A model generated the notes under the pieces. That model saw only the letters and a list, made by a program, of their open reading frames with translations. It did not search any database and was not told where the DNA came from. 64,000 nt of DNA, from positions 1,178,001 through 1,242,000 of the forward strand of contig JAYWIR010000034.1 of NCBI GenBank assembly GCA_036172245.1. Direction: 5' to 3'. This document shows, piece after piece, positions 1-11,200 of this stretch. Origin of the DNA: Raillietiella orientalis. Its lineage: Eukaryota. Within the stretch, counting starts at the first letter, position 1. Each line of letters begins with the position of its first letter. A program made the position numbers and the translations under genes.

Positions 1-299
1 AAAGGATAATCTCGAGAGGCCAAACACATGCAAGGGTAATCTCGCCAACCAACGATGAAAACCGTTATCCTCTCACCGCCTCCATATTGAACACCTCCGT
101 CACGACCTCCGACATTGCTTTCCACTGCTCTCTCGCCTTTTCCTCTTTTCCGGTATCAGCGTGCAAGAATGTCCTGAGTCTAGAGTGCGCTTCAAGAAAC
201 ATTAGTCCTTTGTTATTTTATCTACCCCGTGCTTGCTTCATCTTCCTTGCGTTCATTCACTGATCCTGCCAATGGAAGAAGCCACGTTCCGAGGAAAAA

Positions 300-1050
300 G
301 TATCAACAGACTCCGTTCGTGCACAGGGATGATGCTGGCGTAGGACCACTCGTAGGAGAATTCAGATTCTCGGCAGAATGCACAAATTGGGGACTGTCGA
401 CACACGGATGTCCGTGAGATCACAGTAATGTATGTCCAGCTGGAAAGGAGGTGTCTGCGAGATGACTGAAGAGATGTGGGAAAGGAGGAACGTGAAGAGA
501 AGATAGAGAGAGATCGTAGGAAACATCAAAACGGATCGTCGTAGAAACAGGCGGAGCAGGAAAAGTCTTTCACAAAGGCAGCGGATGGTGCTTGGAGACA
601 ATGCTGAGTGTCCTGGAGAGAATGGACTCTCATGGAGCTCCTGAGCTCACTCTAGGGAATCATAAAGGCAAGATTGATGGCAGAGCTACCGAGATGTGTG
701 ATGGACAGGCAAGTGGGGGGATAGTCGGAAAGAAGAATGAAGAAGAACTCGCTAGAATCAACACTCCAGCTGACGCGAACTCAGAAGGGGAGCTTCCTAA
801 GCATGGAACTTTGCAAGGAAGCAAAGGGAGATGGAGACAGAAAACCCTTTTTGCTTCTTTTGATTTTCACGTTTGCTCCTGTGAGTCTCAATCACTCTAC
901 TGCTAGCCCGCGTTGGAGGCTGTGTATCCACGGTCTCCGCGCGTGGTACCAAACGTTGAGGGCTCCAATCCCACTCGGGGAAGGATCGATGCTGAGAAAT
1001 AAGTGCATCGTGCATTTTCGAGTCTTCCACTCCCTCCCCCCGGCAAGATG
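300..1050 (-). mobile_element. Degenerate 3' part of L1/Tx1-type LINE ORF2
   Basis: Minus-strand SGIGALNVWYHARRPWI (~925-985) resembles the GGLGxxN..W motif after the RT thumb. SPICAFCRESE (~360-395) resembles the zf-RVT C-x2-C-x-E motif. Stops and frameshifts present; boundaries approximate. Confidence 0.4.
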
Positions 1051-1129
1051 ACGCTGGTTAGCCTATTCGGGTGCGACACTGGTGGAAGCCAGAAACTGGA
1101 TGCGCCGGTGACTGACCGGGATTGAATGT

Positions 1130-1650
1130 TAACCCTCCGGGATCTTTCCAGGAATCAAGGAACCGGTTTCCTCAGGATTGTGAGAATGAAACCGTTCGTC
1201 CCCTCAGAAAGGAACACTCCGTCAGGTTCCATGAGCTGGTCGTTACTTCCCTCGGAGGTTGCCTCTCCAGAGTGTAAGAGCACTGCTCTTTTAGAGGAGC
1301 GCCCTCCAGAGAAATTGGGAAGCGTCCATTGGGGGTTCCCTTCACAGCAGTAAACAAGGAGCGGTTCCCTTTCCAGGAGTCCCTCCGGGTAGAATAAGGA
1401 AGAGGGTTCCTTCAGAATTCCCTCCAGAGACAACCAGGGCGAAGGTTCCTTCCAGGGTTCCCTTTCATGCGTAAGAGGAACTGCTCCTTCTTCTATTAGG
1501 AGCTTTCTTAGATTCATAGGGTGTTCCTTCCAGGGTGGCCTTTCAACTTGAAGAATTACACACACCCTCGGGTGGCATGGACGGTGTTCAAGAGCTTCGT
1601 GAGTCTCTCCTAAGGAGGAGAACGGTTCTTGAATACTTAGAGAACCAAAA
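1130..1650. repeat. Degenerate GGTTCC/GGAACC-motif repeat array (possible MITE/DNA-transposon subterminal repeats)
   Basis: GGTTCC recurs at ~1225, 1334, 1363, 1405, 1444 and 1456, with variants at ~1159, 1523, 1624 and 1642. Confidence 0.4.
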
Positions 1651-2971
1651 AAAAAGAAAACCCTATTGCTAATAAGGTCGACGAAAAAGTGGCTGGAGTT
1701 TGGCCGTCGCAGAAAGAGAGCATAGAATGGTAGGAACTGCCGGACGCTTAAGATTTTTCCACTGCTCCCCTTGTAGGGGAAAGAGACTTTTTGTTTCTTC
1801 CCCAACAGTGGAATCAGCAGATTTTCTCTGAGCATGTGATCCCTCCCAGGCTCTGCCTTTGTTTCGATCCGCTGGATTCGCTCATCTCTTTCTTGACAGC
1901 TCTTCTTCGTGAGTTATGGGATCAGCATCGCTTTCATCAGCTGTTAACCACAGAGAATGATCATTGAGGTGTCGACACACGCCCTCTTCACTGACGTAAC
2001 AAAGACAAAAGTGTTTATTCAAGATGTTGTCGCGTAAAATAATTCGATAGGAAGTACATCTAACGTGTGCTCACTCTCCACCGTCTACTCATCCTGGCTG
2101 CTGAGCACGTGGTTCGTCTCCAAGTGAATCCATCGAAATGACAGACACAGTTCTGTCGGCGACCATTCCGTGATTGCAGCACTCTGAATTGCACTCTGAA
2201 TTCACGTGCAGATCGTCATCAACTTCCTTTCTCTCTCATCGTTTTTTCCCTCGAGATCTGTGGAGTCCCCAAAGCATTGTGGTTTGCAGTATCCCAAGCT
2301 TCCAAAGACCTTAGGCGTCATAGTCACCCTGGTTGGGGCGGAGAGAAAGGAAGGAAGCGGAACGGTGGACTTCATTCTTGTGTCTGAATCCTCAGTGCTG
2401 TGGTGGAGATGGCGCGCGGGATCCGTGCGCCACTTCTAGGATGGCCCCGATTCTCCTTTTCGGAGTACCAAATCTAGTTCTCAACCTGACTTCATGGGAT
2501 GGTCTGATTGAAAACCTCCGGAGTCCGTTGTTCGAGGATGTCTCTCCTTGATCTATTTCTCTGCTTTATCCAAAGATATTCCTCTCATTAGAGAGCTGCA
2601 CCGCTGCGATGCCATCCCAGCATCCAGACTTCATGAGAGCTTTTGTCGGAGGGCCCCTGGAACTAGGCAACGACACGGTATTGCGAGGATGAATGTGGTT
2701 CCTGAGACCAACAGAAGGAACGCGCCAGGAGGGAAAGAAGTGGACTGCAGGTGCCAGGACTCCCGCGACATCCACGTAATGCATCGGGGGTCATTAAGAG
2801 ACTGCGGCTCCTACCAGCAGAGGGGAAGAGTTGTAGAGATGGCAGGCATCCGCCAGGAAATAGCAAAAGGGATCCCTCGGAGCGAATTCTGCGTGTGAAA
2901 CTCCAGAGCAAATGATGCATTGTGGAATCTCAAGAGTGACGCTTCCGGTGAAAAGGACTCCGTCTGCTGTT

Positions 2972-4184
2972 ACCGCTTGCAGCAGAAGCTCAGGAAGTAG
3001 AAGGATACAGAGGATAGGATACACCAAGGATCTCTGGAGGCGTAACTTCCGATGCATCGTGGATTTCAGGTATGAGTCCAGCTCTGAGCACGGAATAAAA
3101 AAAATGAAACGATCGACGCAAGAAGTATTGGACCCGAAAGTGGTGCAAGAAGCAACTGGACTGTATGAATGCGAGCGTGCGGAAGAAGCAAGGTAGAAAC
3201 AAGGAGCCGCAACTGAGAGTCCCACTCGTAGTCTGATTGTCCCAGCTTCGTTCGTGGAGAATTGACGTGAACGAACGAAAATCACGGATGCCATTTGTTT
3301 CTGTTGGAGGAGCTCTGATTCGGATAGAACTGTACATCGTATAGCTTGGATACGTGGCGCCCGAAGACTTGAGCATTCCGTCACCTCACCCTACCTGTGT
3401 CTCTCCCATCCTCCCACCTTGTCGCAGCGCTCAGCTTCCAAGCCCGTACGAGCTGGAGGTCCCGTCGCACACGCATGGACACCGCCTTCCGACACGCCAG
3501 CTGCTTCTGGCTGCTTCTGGCCAACCTCTGGCCTCCAGCGGTCAGTCGGCCGCGTTGAATGGTGAATCCCTTCCTGTGCGGAAACCCCGCTATTGTTTCA
3601 GAGGCGTGGCGCTGGTGTTCCTCCCATCGAGATAGTGGGAGCTTTCGCAACAACGAGGATTTGCCGATCATTCAGTATTTGACAAGTTCTTCGGCAACCT
3701 GCTCCCTAGATAGGCGTCATCCGAGGTGTCGCATCCCGTCTCCTAGCTGACCGTCTGTTTAACGGCTCCACTAATTAGCCGAAATTTCCAATCATCATCA
3801 TTATTTTCGAAACACAATGGATCAAGTTTTAGACCAGGGTCCTTTCCTCTGGAAGCATCTTTCTGTAAATCCCAAAAGACGTCATTTGCCCCATTTCCAC
3901 ACGCAGTGGATTTTAAAGATTCATCCCGATTGATTCCTTTTGCCATTTCCCGGCGAGTGAGCGCCACCCGCCTACCCTCTGCGAAGGTCATGTCTTCGTC
4001 TGGACGGCTAACCAGAGTCGTTTTTGAATCGTCGGTAGCGATGTTTCAGCTGGAAGCACTGCAGAGTCCGGGTGTTTCATTTTTTTTATTCTGCGCTTAG
4101 AGCTGGACGTCATGCCTGAAATCCACGATATACCGATCCTTGGTGCCACTGTATCCTTCATTCTGCACTCATACTGCAAGTGGT
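2972..4184. repeat. Diverged inverted repeat pair (2972-3110 and 4074-4184)
   Basis: Core 3056-3110 matches the reverse complement of 4074-4129 with 4 substitutions and 1 indel. Patchy similarity (gaaggatacag, caccaaggatc, acc.cttgcag) extends outward. Confidence 0.8.
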
Positions 4185-5449
4185 GAGAGCGCACAGATTT
4201 TTGTCTTCTAGAGGTGCCTGTTGCGAAAATCACGACCGCTCTGCATCATCACTCATCCCTCTCTTTCGCCTCGTCCGAGCACTCCCTCTCTGCCTTTTAG
4301 TGTTCGTCCTGCTTCTCGGTGATGCGCGAGGATGGTTGCAGGGAATGTTCGAGAAATAACGGAAAAAGACAAATGAGGCACCGGATAAGTGCTTGCATGA
4401 TCGGTAGGACACTTCGATCTGTTCAACCTAACTACTCTAAAGGGTCGATAGCACTGCTCCTGACAGTTGCTCTAAACTGCTGACTTCTCCGAACGAGGCA
4501 ACCTGATATTTTTCCTAAAAAATATTACAAGTGGATGCAAAAATAAGGAAGCTGCAAGCATCCCCAATGGATAAAGATTCGGTAGAATACGATCGACGCG
4601 AGATAGAGTGGAAGTGATGTAAAAAAACATCTGCACTCTATGAAGGCGTGCGTGCGGAGGACATAAGGTAGAAAAAGAAATGCCTAAAATGACATTTTGA
4701 AACTCCTCAATCGACTCGCACACGAGACCAAAAAAAGAAAAAAGTCAGCTCAAGCCCCACGACCAATTCAAGGCAAGACACACTGCGTGGAAGGTACTCG
4801 GATCAAAGAAGGCCGTGCCTCGGGGAGCGTCAAGTCTGAGCACTTCCCATCCAATAGAGAACCTCCTTGGTTTGGAAACCATGATTCATCCGTGCTTCGC
4901 GACTTAGCCTTCTGCGTGTGCGTCGGAGGGCGTCGTTCCTCGGATCGCCTGCTCAGAAGGTAGGGAAGATGAGAAGAATCGTTAGGTCACATAAGCAGCA
5001 GGTGCGTCAGCTATCAGACGATGATCACGGAGAGGTGCGACGAGCTGGTGACTCAAATCAATAATGGTCACCTTGAAAAGCTGGGAGTTGGTTCCGCCAA
5101 CTCCCACCGTTCAGGGAACGGACTCCAAACTAAAACTGGATCCATAGTTTCCAGTAGAAGGAATGGTATTCATAGTAGGCGCCTCTCGCCCTTGCAGATG
5201 CTCAGTAAAGGCGCCAGAAGAGGCGAGGCCGGAGAAGGGGAAAAGCACCCATGTTCGATGCTTCACTCAGCCGCCAAAGGGATACGCGCTCCCGTAAGAT
5301 CACTTGTAGTGAAATTCGGGGAATGGTGAGGGATGCTGAGGGGATCGAAGATTCCCGTGAAGCAGACGGATCGCCTGAGGAAGGAAATGATGTACTCGAA
5401 TATTCGACGTGAACGAGGTCCTGAAGAGGGAGAAGGTCTCTAACAACAT

Positions 5450-8180
5450 CCAGCACTCTCGCAGCCGCCTGATATTCTGGAGACGTTGGATGGAAGACAT
5501 CATTACTGCGTATTTCTCATTTGCTGCACAAAAATCCCATAATATGCAGTGAATGCACAGGATGGATTACCGTCTGTGGTGAACGAAGCCCCGACGCCAC
5601 AGAACGACTGGAAAAGATCAGATGTGGTGAGAAGGTGGTGGAAAAATCTGGTCATCATCTGATGGAAATTCCCATTTTACATAAGTTGTAATAACCAAAT
5701 GCATGAAAATTGGAAGGTTGTTTGAGTCATCCCGCTCTGCTCGAACCTGCCAACCATCACTATGCCCCTTGGATAGGTTCCCATGTTTCTAGCTGGCTTC
5801 CACACTTCTGGAAAGAAATGCTCTCCCTGTTACAAAAGGGAGAAATACAGTCAAGTGCGCGCGCGTTTTTGCTGTGGGTGAAGAATATTGAATGGCCACC
5901 CGGTCGCTCAAGGGAAACGCATCCCTGAGCACTCCAATTCCCCTCTTCTGTCCCGCAGGATTCTCTTGAAGAAGCGTTCACTTCTCCAGGGTCACCGTTT
6001 GCCTTCCGGGCTATTCTTCTTTACGTGAGGAAAAATGTAGCAGTCAAATCCCGGAAAGCGATTTGCGAACGCCATCGCCTGCATGGAAAATGCATGGAGG
6101 GACATGAAATGGGAGTGGCGATTATGTGGGCAGACGATCGCCACATCCGCGAACGCACCTTCTCCAGCATTCCATCCCTTCCTTTCCCGATTCAGGCGCT
6201 CGGAGAATCATCAGTAACATGAGGCTGGTCCCATCCCCTCCCCCTTTCCTCCAATATCCCTGGTGGAGGATGGCCTCTTTCGTTTCAGAGAGGTGCATTC
6301 GGCCCTTGTCTAGCTGCGTAAAGTATACTTGTTTATTTTAAATAAATGGCCCAGAAATCTGGGATGGGATTATCACTCCAGAGTTGAGAGTTGATTGCAA
6401 TAGAAGTCATCCAATACAACAAACAATCCATTACTGTGTAATGTGTAACACTACATTACGCTGGGTTGCCCGTGATTCAAAAAGTCCTAGGACGATGTTC
6501 GGCTCTCAGGCCACTTCCTAATGAGTTATGCAGCGCAGCAGCAGGACCAGCGTGGGGAGCGAAATGTCAAAACATAGGGCTTTGGGGAAGATGGTGGAGA
6601 GAAGATCACCAGCCATTCCCCTGAGGCCTCTGGACCTCGTTGGAGACGCGGATTATTTCCTCGCCCATTCTTGTTTCCAGTTGGGGACATATCTACACTC
6701 TCCTCAGCGTGGGGGCGATTGTTGAGATGGCTTCCCTTGCTTGCCATCCTCGTCTAATATGTGACAGGACGTGTCAATGCTAAGGTGTGGTCCCACTGTC
6801 GGCGATCCTGCTGCGGGAGACAGTTCCTTGCAGATAAACAGGAGCCTCTGGTGATTTCCTGTGAGATATGGTGCCCTCCAGACGTATCTGCTTTAGGGGA
6901 AGGGCACGACAATTTAATAGCAGGTGCAGATGTGGCCATGGATTCCCCCTCAGGTGGCGGACAACCTTGCTCCTCATGCGCTGCTGTTCACCGCGCAACC
7001 AGCTCCTGGGAGAAGAGGGAACGCCTTTCGGCACACCTGCTTCTGCACTATGGCACTCTTCAGAGGCATTCGGAAAACGCCTCACGTGTCTTGAAAGCGC
7101 TCCGAAGGAGCTACCGCAGCGCTGCTTCCCTTCCGCTTTCGTCAGCCGTCCCAATCGCAATCCTGTATTTTCAGGAGGATAGTGGCTTCCCGGTGCGCGC
7201 AGAAGGTGCACCAGCGTGCATGGAAAACCATGCACTTCAGTGATGAGGAATGGGTCCAAGTGGTCGTCCCACCTGCACCAACGAATTCGCAAGGAGGACG
7301 CTTCCGACATCGTAAGAGGCTGCAAAAGAGGTGGCAGACGTAACCGATGATCCCTGTCCCTCTCTCCTTTATTTACGTATTTACTGCAGAAGAGGTGCCT
7401 TCCCCTTTGACCATCCCTGTCCCTCTTTGCAGCCGACCTGCGAGTCAGTGGTTCAGTCTCCTCCTTTTGAACTCGAGAAGTTTCGTGGAGTTCATTCCCT
7501 ACTTTGCTTGCCTCTTTTGCTTTTGTAAAATAAACACCCACAAAAATCAACGGGTGTCAATGTGCAGGCAAATATTTTACGGGGGAGACCAGTGCCAGAG
7601 CATCGTCGCTGCTGCTTGCTGTCATTTTCGAGGGAGAGAACCACCTTCTTCTTCAAGGATTAATCGAAGATCGGTTGTTCTATGCAGGATCGCTTCTCTC
7701 GAAAATCACTGTCAAAATCACTTTTGCACGTCCCAACTTGCACATCTGCTGCTTCGGAAGTCACCCCTGCATCCTCCTGTTTGACCTCACCTTGATACCA
7801 CATTGTTCAACCTCGTGAAGACGCTGAGGAAGAGGTCCAGAGCTCTAGAATGCCGTGGTGCACTGCTTGAGCATGGAGAGAAACAGAGAGGGGGAAGGAG
7901 CAAAGCAGCCACTTCTCGCACGTGACCCGAGATGACAGCATTATTGTTCACCTCTTCCCCTGAGCCACTCATTGCCCACCACGCGGATGCCATGGCATGG
8001 TAGCGACCCATATTTGGATCCTCACCTCTTCGGCAAGCCTTCAACGCACCTACAACCCGAGCCCTCTTCCTCCTCCAGCCTATCGACTCCAAAAATCACC
8101 CGCCGCAGTGCGATCGATCTCTGGAGGTGAGATCTTTCCTCGCCCCATAGGGAGGTGAGTACGGTCTAGTACACACTGTG
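5450..8180 (-). mobile_element. Degenerate Ty3/Gypsy LTR retrotransposon 5' part (candidate LTR, PBS, gag, protease)
   Basis: Minus strand: ...TTGAACA then PBS-like TGGTATCAAGGTGAGG (7800-7785). Gag-like LPPLLQPL..SLRIRWCRWDDHLDPFL (~7345-7240), then ALSRHV..PNASEEC, GESM and ISQEITRGSCLS. Zinc-knuckle remnant HSKN.RALDCISPFCNRE.HF..KC (~5880-5795). Protease-like NG..MM.DFST..LHIMGF (~5670-5530). Motifs fall in the expected order but are heavily mutated; the LTR 5' end (~8176) is tentative. Confidence 0.5.
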
Positions 8181-10621
8181 ACCGGTCGCTCGACTGCTTG
8201 GCAGCTGATATCCTGTCCCCAAAGGATCTCTAGGGATAGGAGCGCCATCCCCGTATACTCTCACCGCCCATTCCCAGCCTTCAGATGCTCACTGGCACTT
8301 CACACCGCTTCTCCTTGAGAAAGTGCGGGTGGGTTCGACACTTTGAATCTCACCTCGGCCAAACACAGGTGAACTGTTTGGGGACTATCTGGAAGGAAAG
8401 TGGAAGCGATCCGAAGCTTCAGTTTCATCCTGGAATCTAGGTAGATCGTTCTGGAGACCAATGAGGCGCGGAATGCCGTGGCGTGAGAATTCGGGTAGGA
8501 AAGACGGGGGGAGATCGACGGGCAAGAGAAGAGCTGGTGTGTCGATCATCATTTGGGCAGGAGCAAAACCGGAACGCCCAAGTGGATAGAAAAATCGCAG
8601 TTCCGAGATGACGCTTCGGGTGAAGAGCAAATCAACCATCCGGGATGATGGCACGCCCGTGTGCAGATTTATTTTTTATTCAATGCTTCCTTCCACTCCC
8701 TAATGGGGGACGGACGTTTTTTTTCTTCCCTTGAGAGAAGCAGGTCCAGCGAAATTCTCCTGAGGCTTCTTCTTGGCTACACCGTTTCGAGAGAGAGGCA
8801 TCATTTGGTGTGATCCCTGAAATCCCCACTTGCTGCTGCCACTATGGATCTGGACGGCAGCGGTTCGAGATTAGATGATGGGGGGGAGGGATAAGTCGCA
8901 TCTCTCGGGCCAGCAGGCTGGCTGTCCGTATGTTCGAGTGAGCGGGGGAAAAAAAAAAACTTTTCTTTTAAAGCGCTTCCTGCCTCAGCGATGGCAGAGC
9001 GGAGGAGTCCGAATCCTGGAGCTGGCGACACTAGCGGGAAAGCCTTCCTTAGTTCCTCACATGCGCAGTTGCCACCCAAGCTCCTGACGGAGTTGACTGG
9101 GTTTGTCGGCCCAGGTGCTCCCCTCCCTCCTCTTACCCTCAGGATCGAACAGGTGTCAGAAGCGCAGAATGTCGAAGGGGCGGGTGGTTTCCCCATCCAG
9201 ACACAATTCCCATTGCCCCTCTCCCTTCTTTCTTGCTTTTCCCTGCTTCAACAGGGAATGCAACAGAGGTGCTTTCCCTGCATCCTAGGTTGGGAATTCG
9301 AAGACACCGCTCTTTCATCGTTTGAGTCCCTTTCCTGCCCCGGGACTGAAAATTCTCTCTAGGCTTCTTCTTCTTCTAGACTACACTGATTCCATGTTTT
9401 TAAGCTACACGGTTTCTCTTCGGCGTGATCCCTGAAACCTCCGCTTGCAGCCAGGAGTCACGCGCGTGCCCACCGCAGTTGGACTGAATGCTTCGAGAAG
9501 GCGAAGCTGCCGAAGGATGCAAGGGCAGGTAGTGGGTGGTCGGTTCCCTGAAACGTCTAGAAAACGTCTAAGCTGAAGCAGCTCGTCCAACCAGAAGTGC
9601 ATAGGCAGGGGACATTCGCTCCTGGATTGCAGCCGCCCGCGATCCCCCGACCTTGGTGCTCCAGCACGAGAACCGGAGGCAGATGGTCAAGGAGCGGAAC
9701 TCTTCTGATGATTTCTCCCTTGCATTTCCTCTGCCGATTCAAATGACCACATGCCGTTGCCAGAGGGGTGGGAGATGCCGACCCGCCTTAGAACGCAAAG
9801 AGCGCGCTGGAGCGTCCAGGGAAGTAAAGACATCTTTTCCTCTCTTTTTTGTTTTTCTCTTTTTGGGAGTCCTGAGCTCCAGAGTGAGCTCTTGGAACCT
9901 TCGAGCTGCTGGAGTGATTGGCTCAGCATCGGAGCGTCACGGCATCCTGATTTTTAGACTTTCTTAATGGTCCGTCTGATTTATTCATGAAATCTCTACG
10001 AGACAATCCAGTTTCAATCCGAACAGAGTATTGGCGGGGAGACCCGCCGAAAGCTGCGTCTCTTCGTTGCTACGAAGAGAGTCACAGTCTCCTCCGACGT
10101 TCTCGAAAGGTAAGCAGTATGTGTTTCCGATGACGAACTGGGATTCACGGCACAAAACCGTCATTAATGGAAGGGGGAAAGAGGGAACGTGAGGCAAAAT
10201 AGCGAACGCATCAATCCTGGAAAGTGAATAAAAGAGTAGCAGCGGCGCCACTGGAAAGCTTCTTCTGCAGAGAGAGGAATGACAAGCAGCAGAAAGAGGA
10301 AGGTCGTCGTCCTGGGCTCATCTCGTGTCTGATTATCACTCTCCGTGCACAGTTTCCATTCTGAACACGGCAACACCCACAGGAGAGACACTGGAGAGAT
10401 CAGAATCTGCATATCTTGAGCGCTGCTCCCCTCTGGCCTCGATTGCTCCCTGCTTCGTCAGTCTCCCTGGGAGCTTCTGCTGGGGAAGGGATCACACAAC
10501 AGTTGAGTTGCATCCACCTTCCCGAAGCAAGTGCGGCATCATGGCAAAATGCCACCTCGATCCGTTCTCTCTGGATCTTCTAAAGATTCGGGATCGCATG
10601 AAGAAATGAGAGAGAGGAGCC

Positions 10622-11200
10622 GGAGGGAATTTTCCACGATTTCCACTGCCTCCTTGACCTGTTCAGTTCTGTCGTTGCTTTGAAACCAGTCGCTCTGCAG
10701 CGTTTATTCAAAATAAATAAACGGACGTTCACGGGCCTTGGAGACAAGAGCCGGAAATCGCCGACTCGCAGGTCGGTAGCTGGGGAAAAAAGGTGCACGG
10801 TAAAGAGGGCTTAAGGGAGCAGTAGATGGGAATAAAAGTAAATCAAATAAATAAATCTACACCGTCTCCGGAAAACAGGGGAGGAAGGGTCAGCGGGTGC
10901 CTGCCCCGCGTCCTTCTTGTAGCCTTCCCACAATCCGAGAGACGCCTGCCTTGATTCCGGACCGCTGTTGAGGCCATGCTGCTGCCCTCTTCGTCACGGT
11001 GGGCTTGAGCGAATGTCGCCCCCCGGTGCTGCCCCTGCTCCACCGCGTGGCGATTCGCAACTGCCGCGCAGATGCAGCACGGCATCTCTGGCGGGCGAGA
11101 GTCCTCGCTCCAGTAAAGAACCGCCGCAGAAGCTGCCGAGGGAGTGGTCAACATGGAGGAGGGTTTTCTGCCTCTCGTTGCCATCCTTCGTGAAGGAACT
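10622..11200. repeat. 579-bp inverted repeat, copy 1 (LINE 3' end/UTR)
   Basis: Reverse complement of 15779-16357. Only one mismatch seen (T at 11016 vs G at 15963). Mirrored ORFs appear in the ORF track. Confidence 0.97.

Noticed and set aside
8329..8361. tRNA T-arm/3'-end-like GTGGGTTCGA[cactttga]ATCTCACCTCGGCCA
   Set aside because: There is an 8-nt insertion in the T-loop and no matching D-arm, anticodon arm or acceptor stem. At most a decayed tRNA-derived SINE head.
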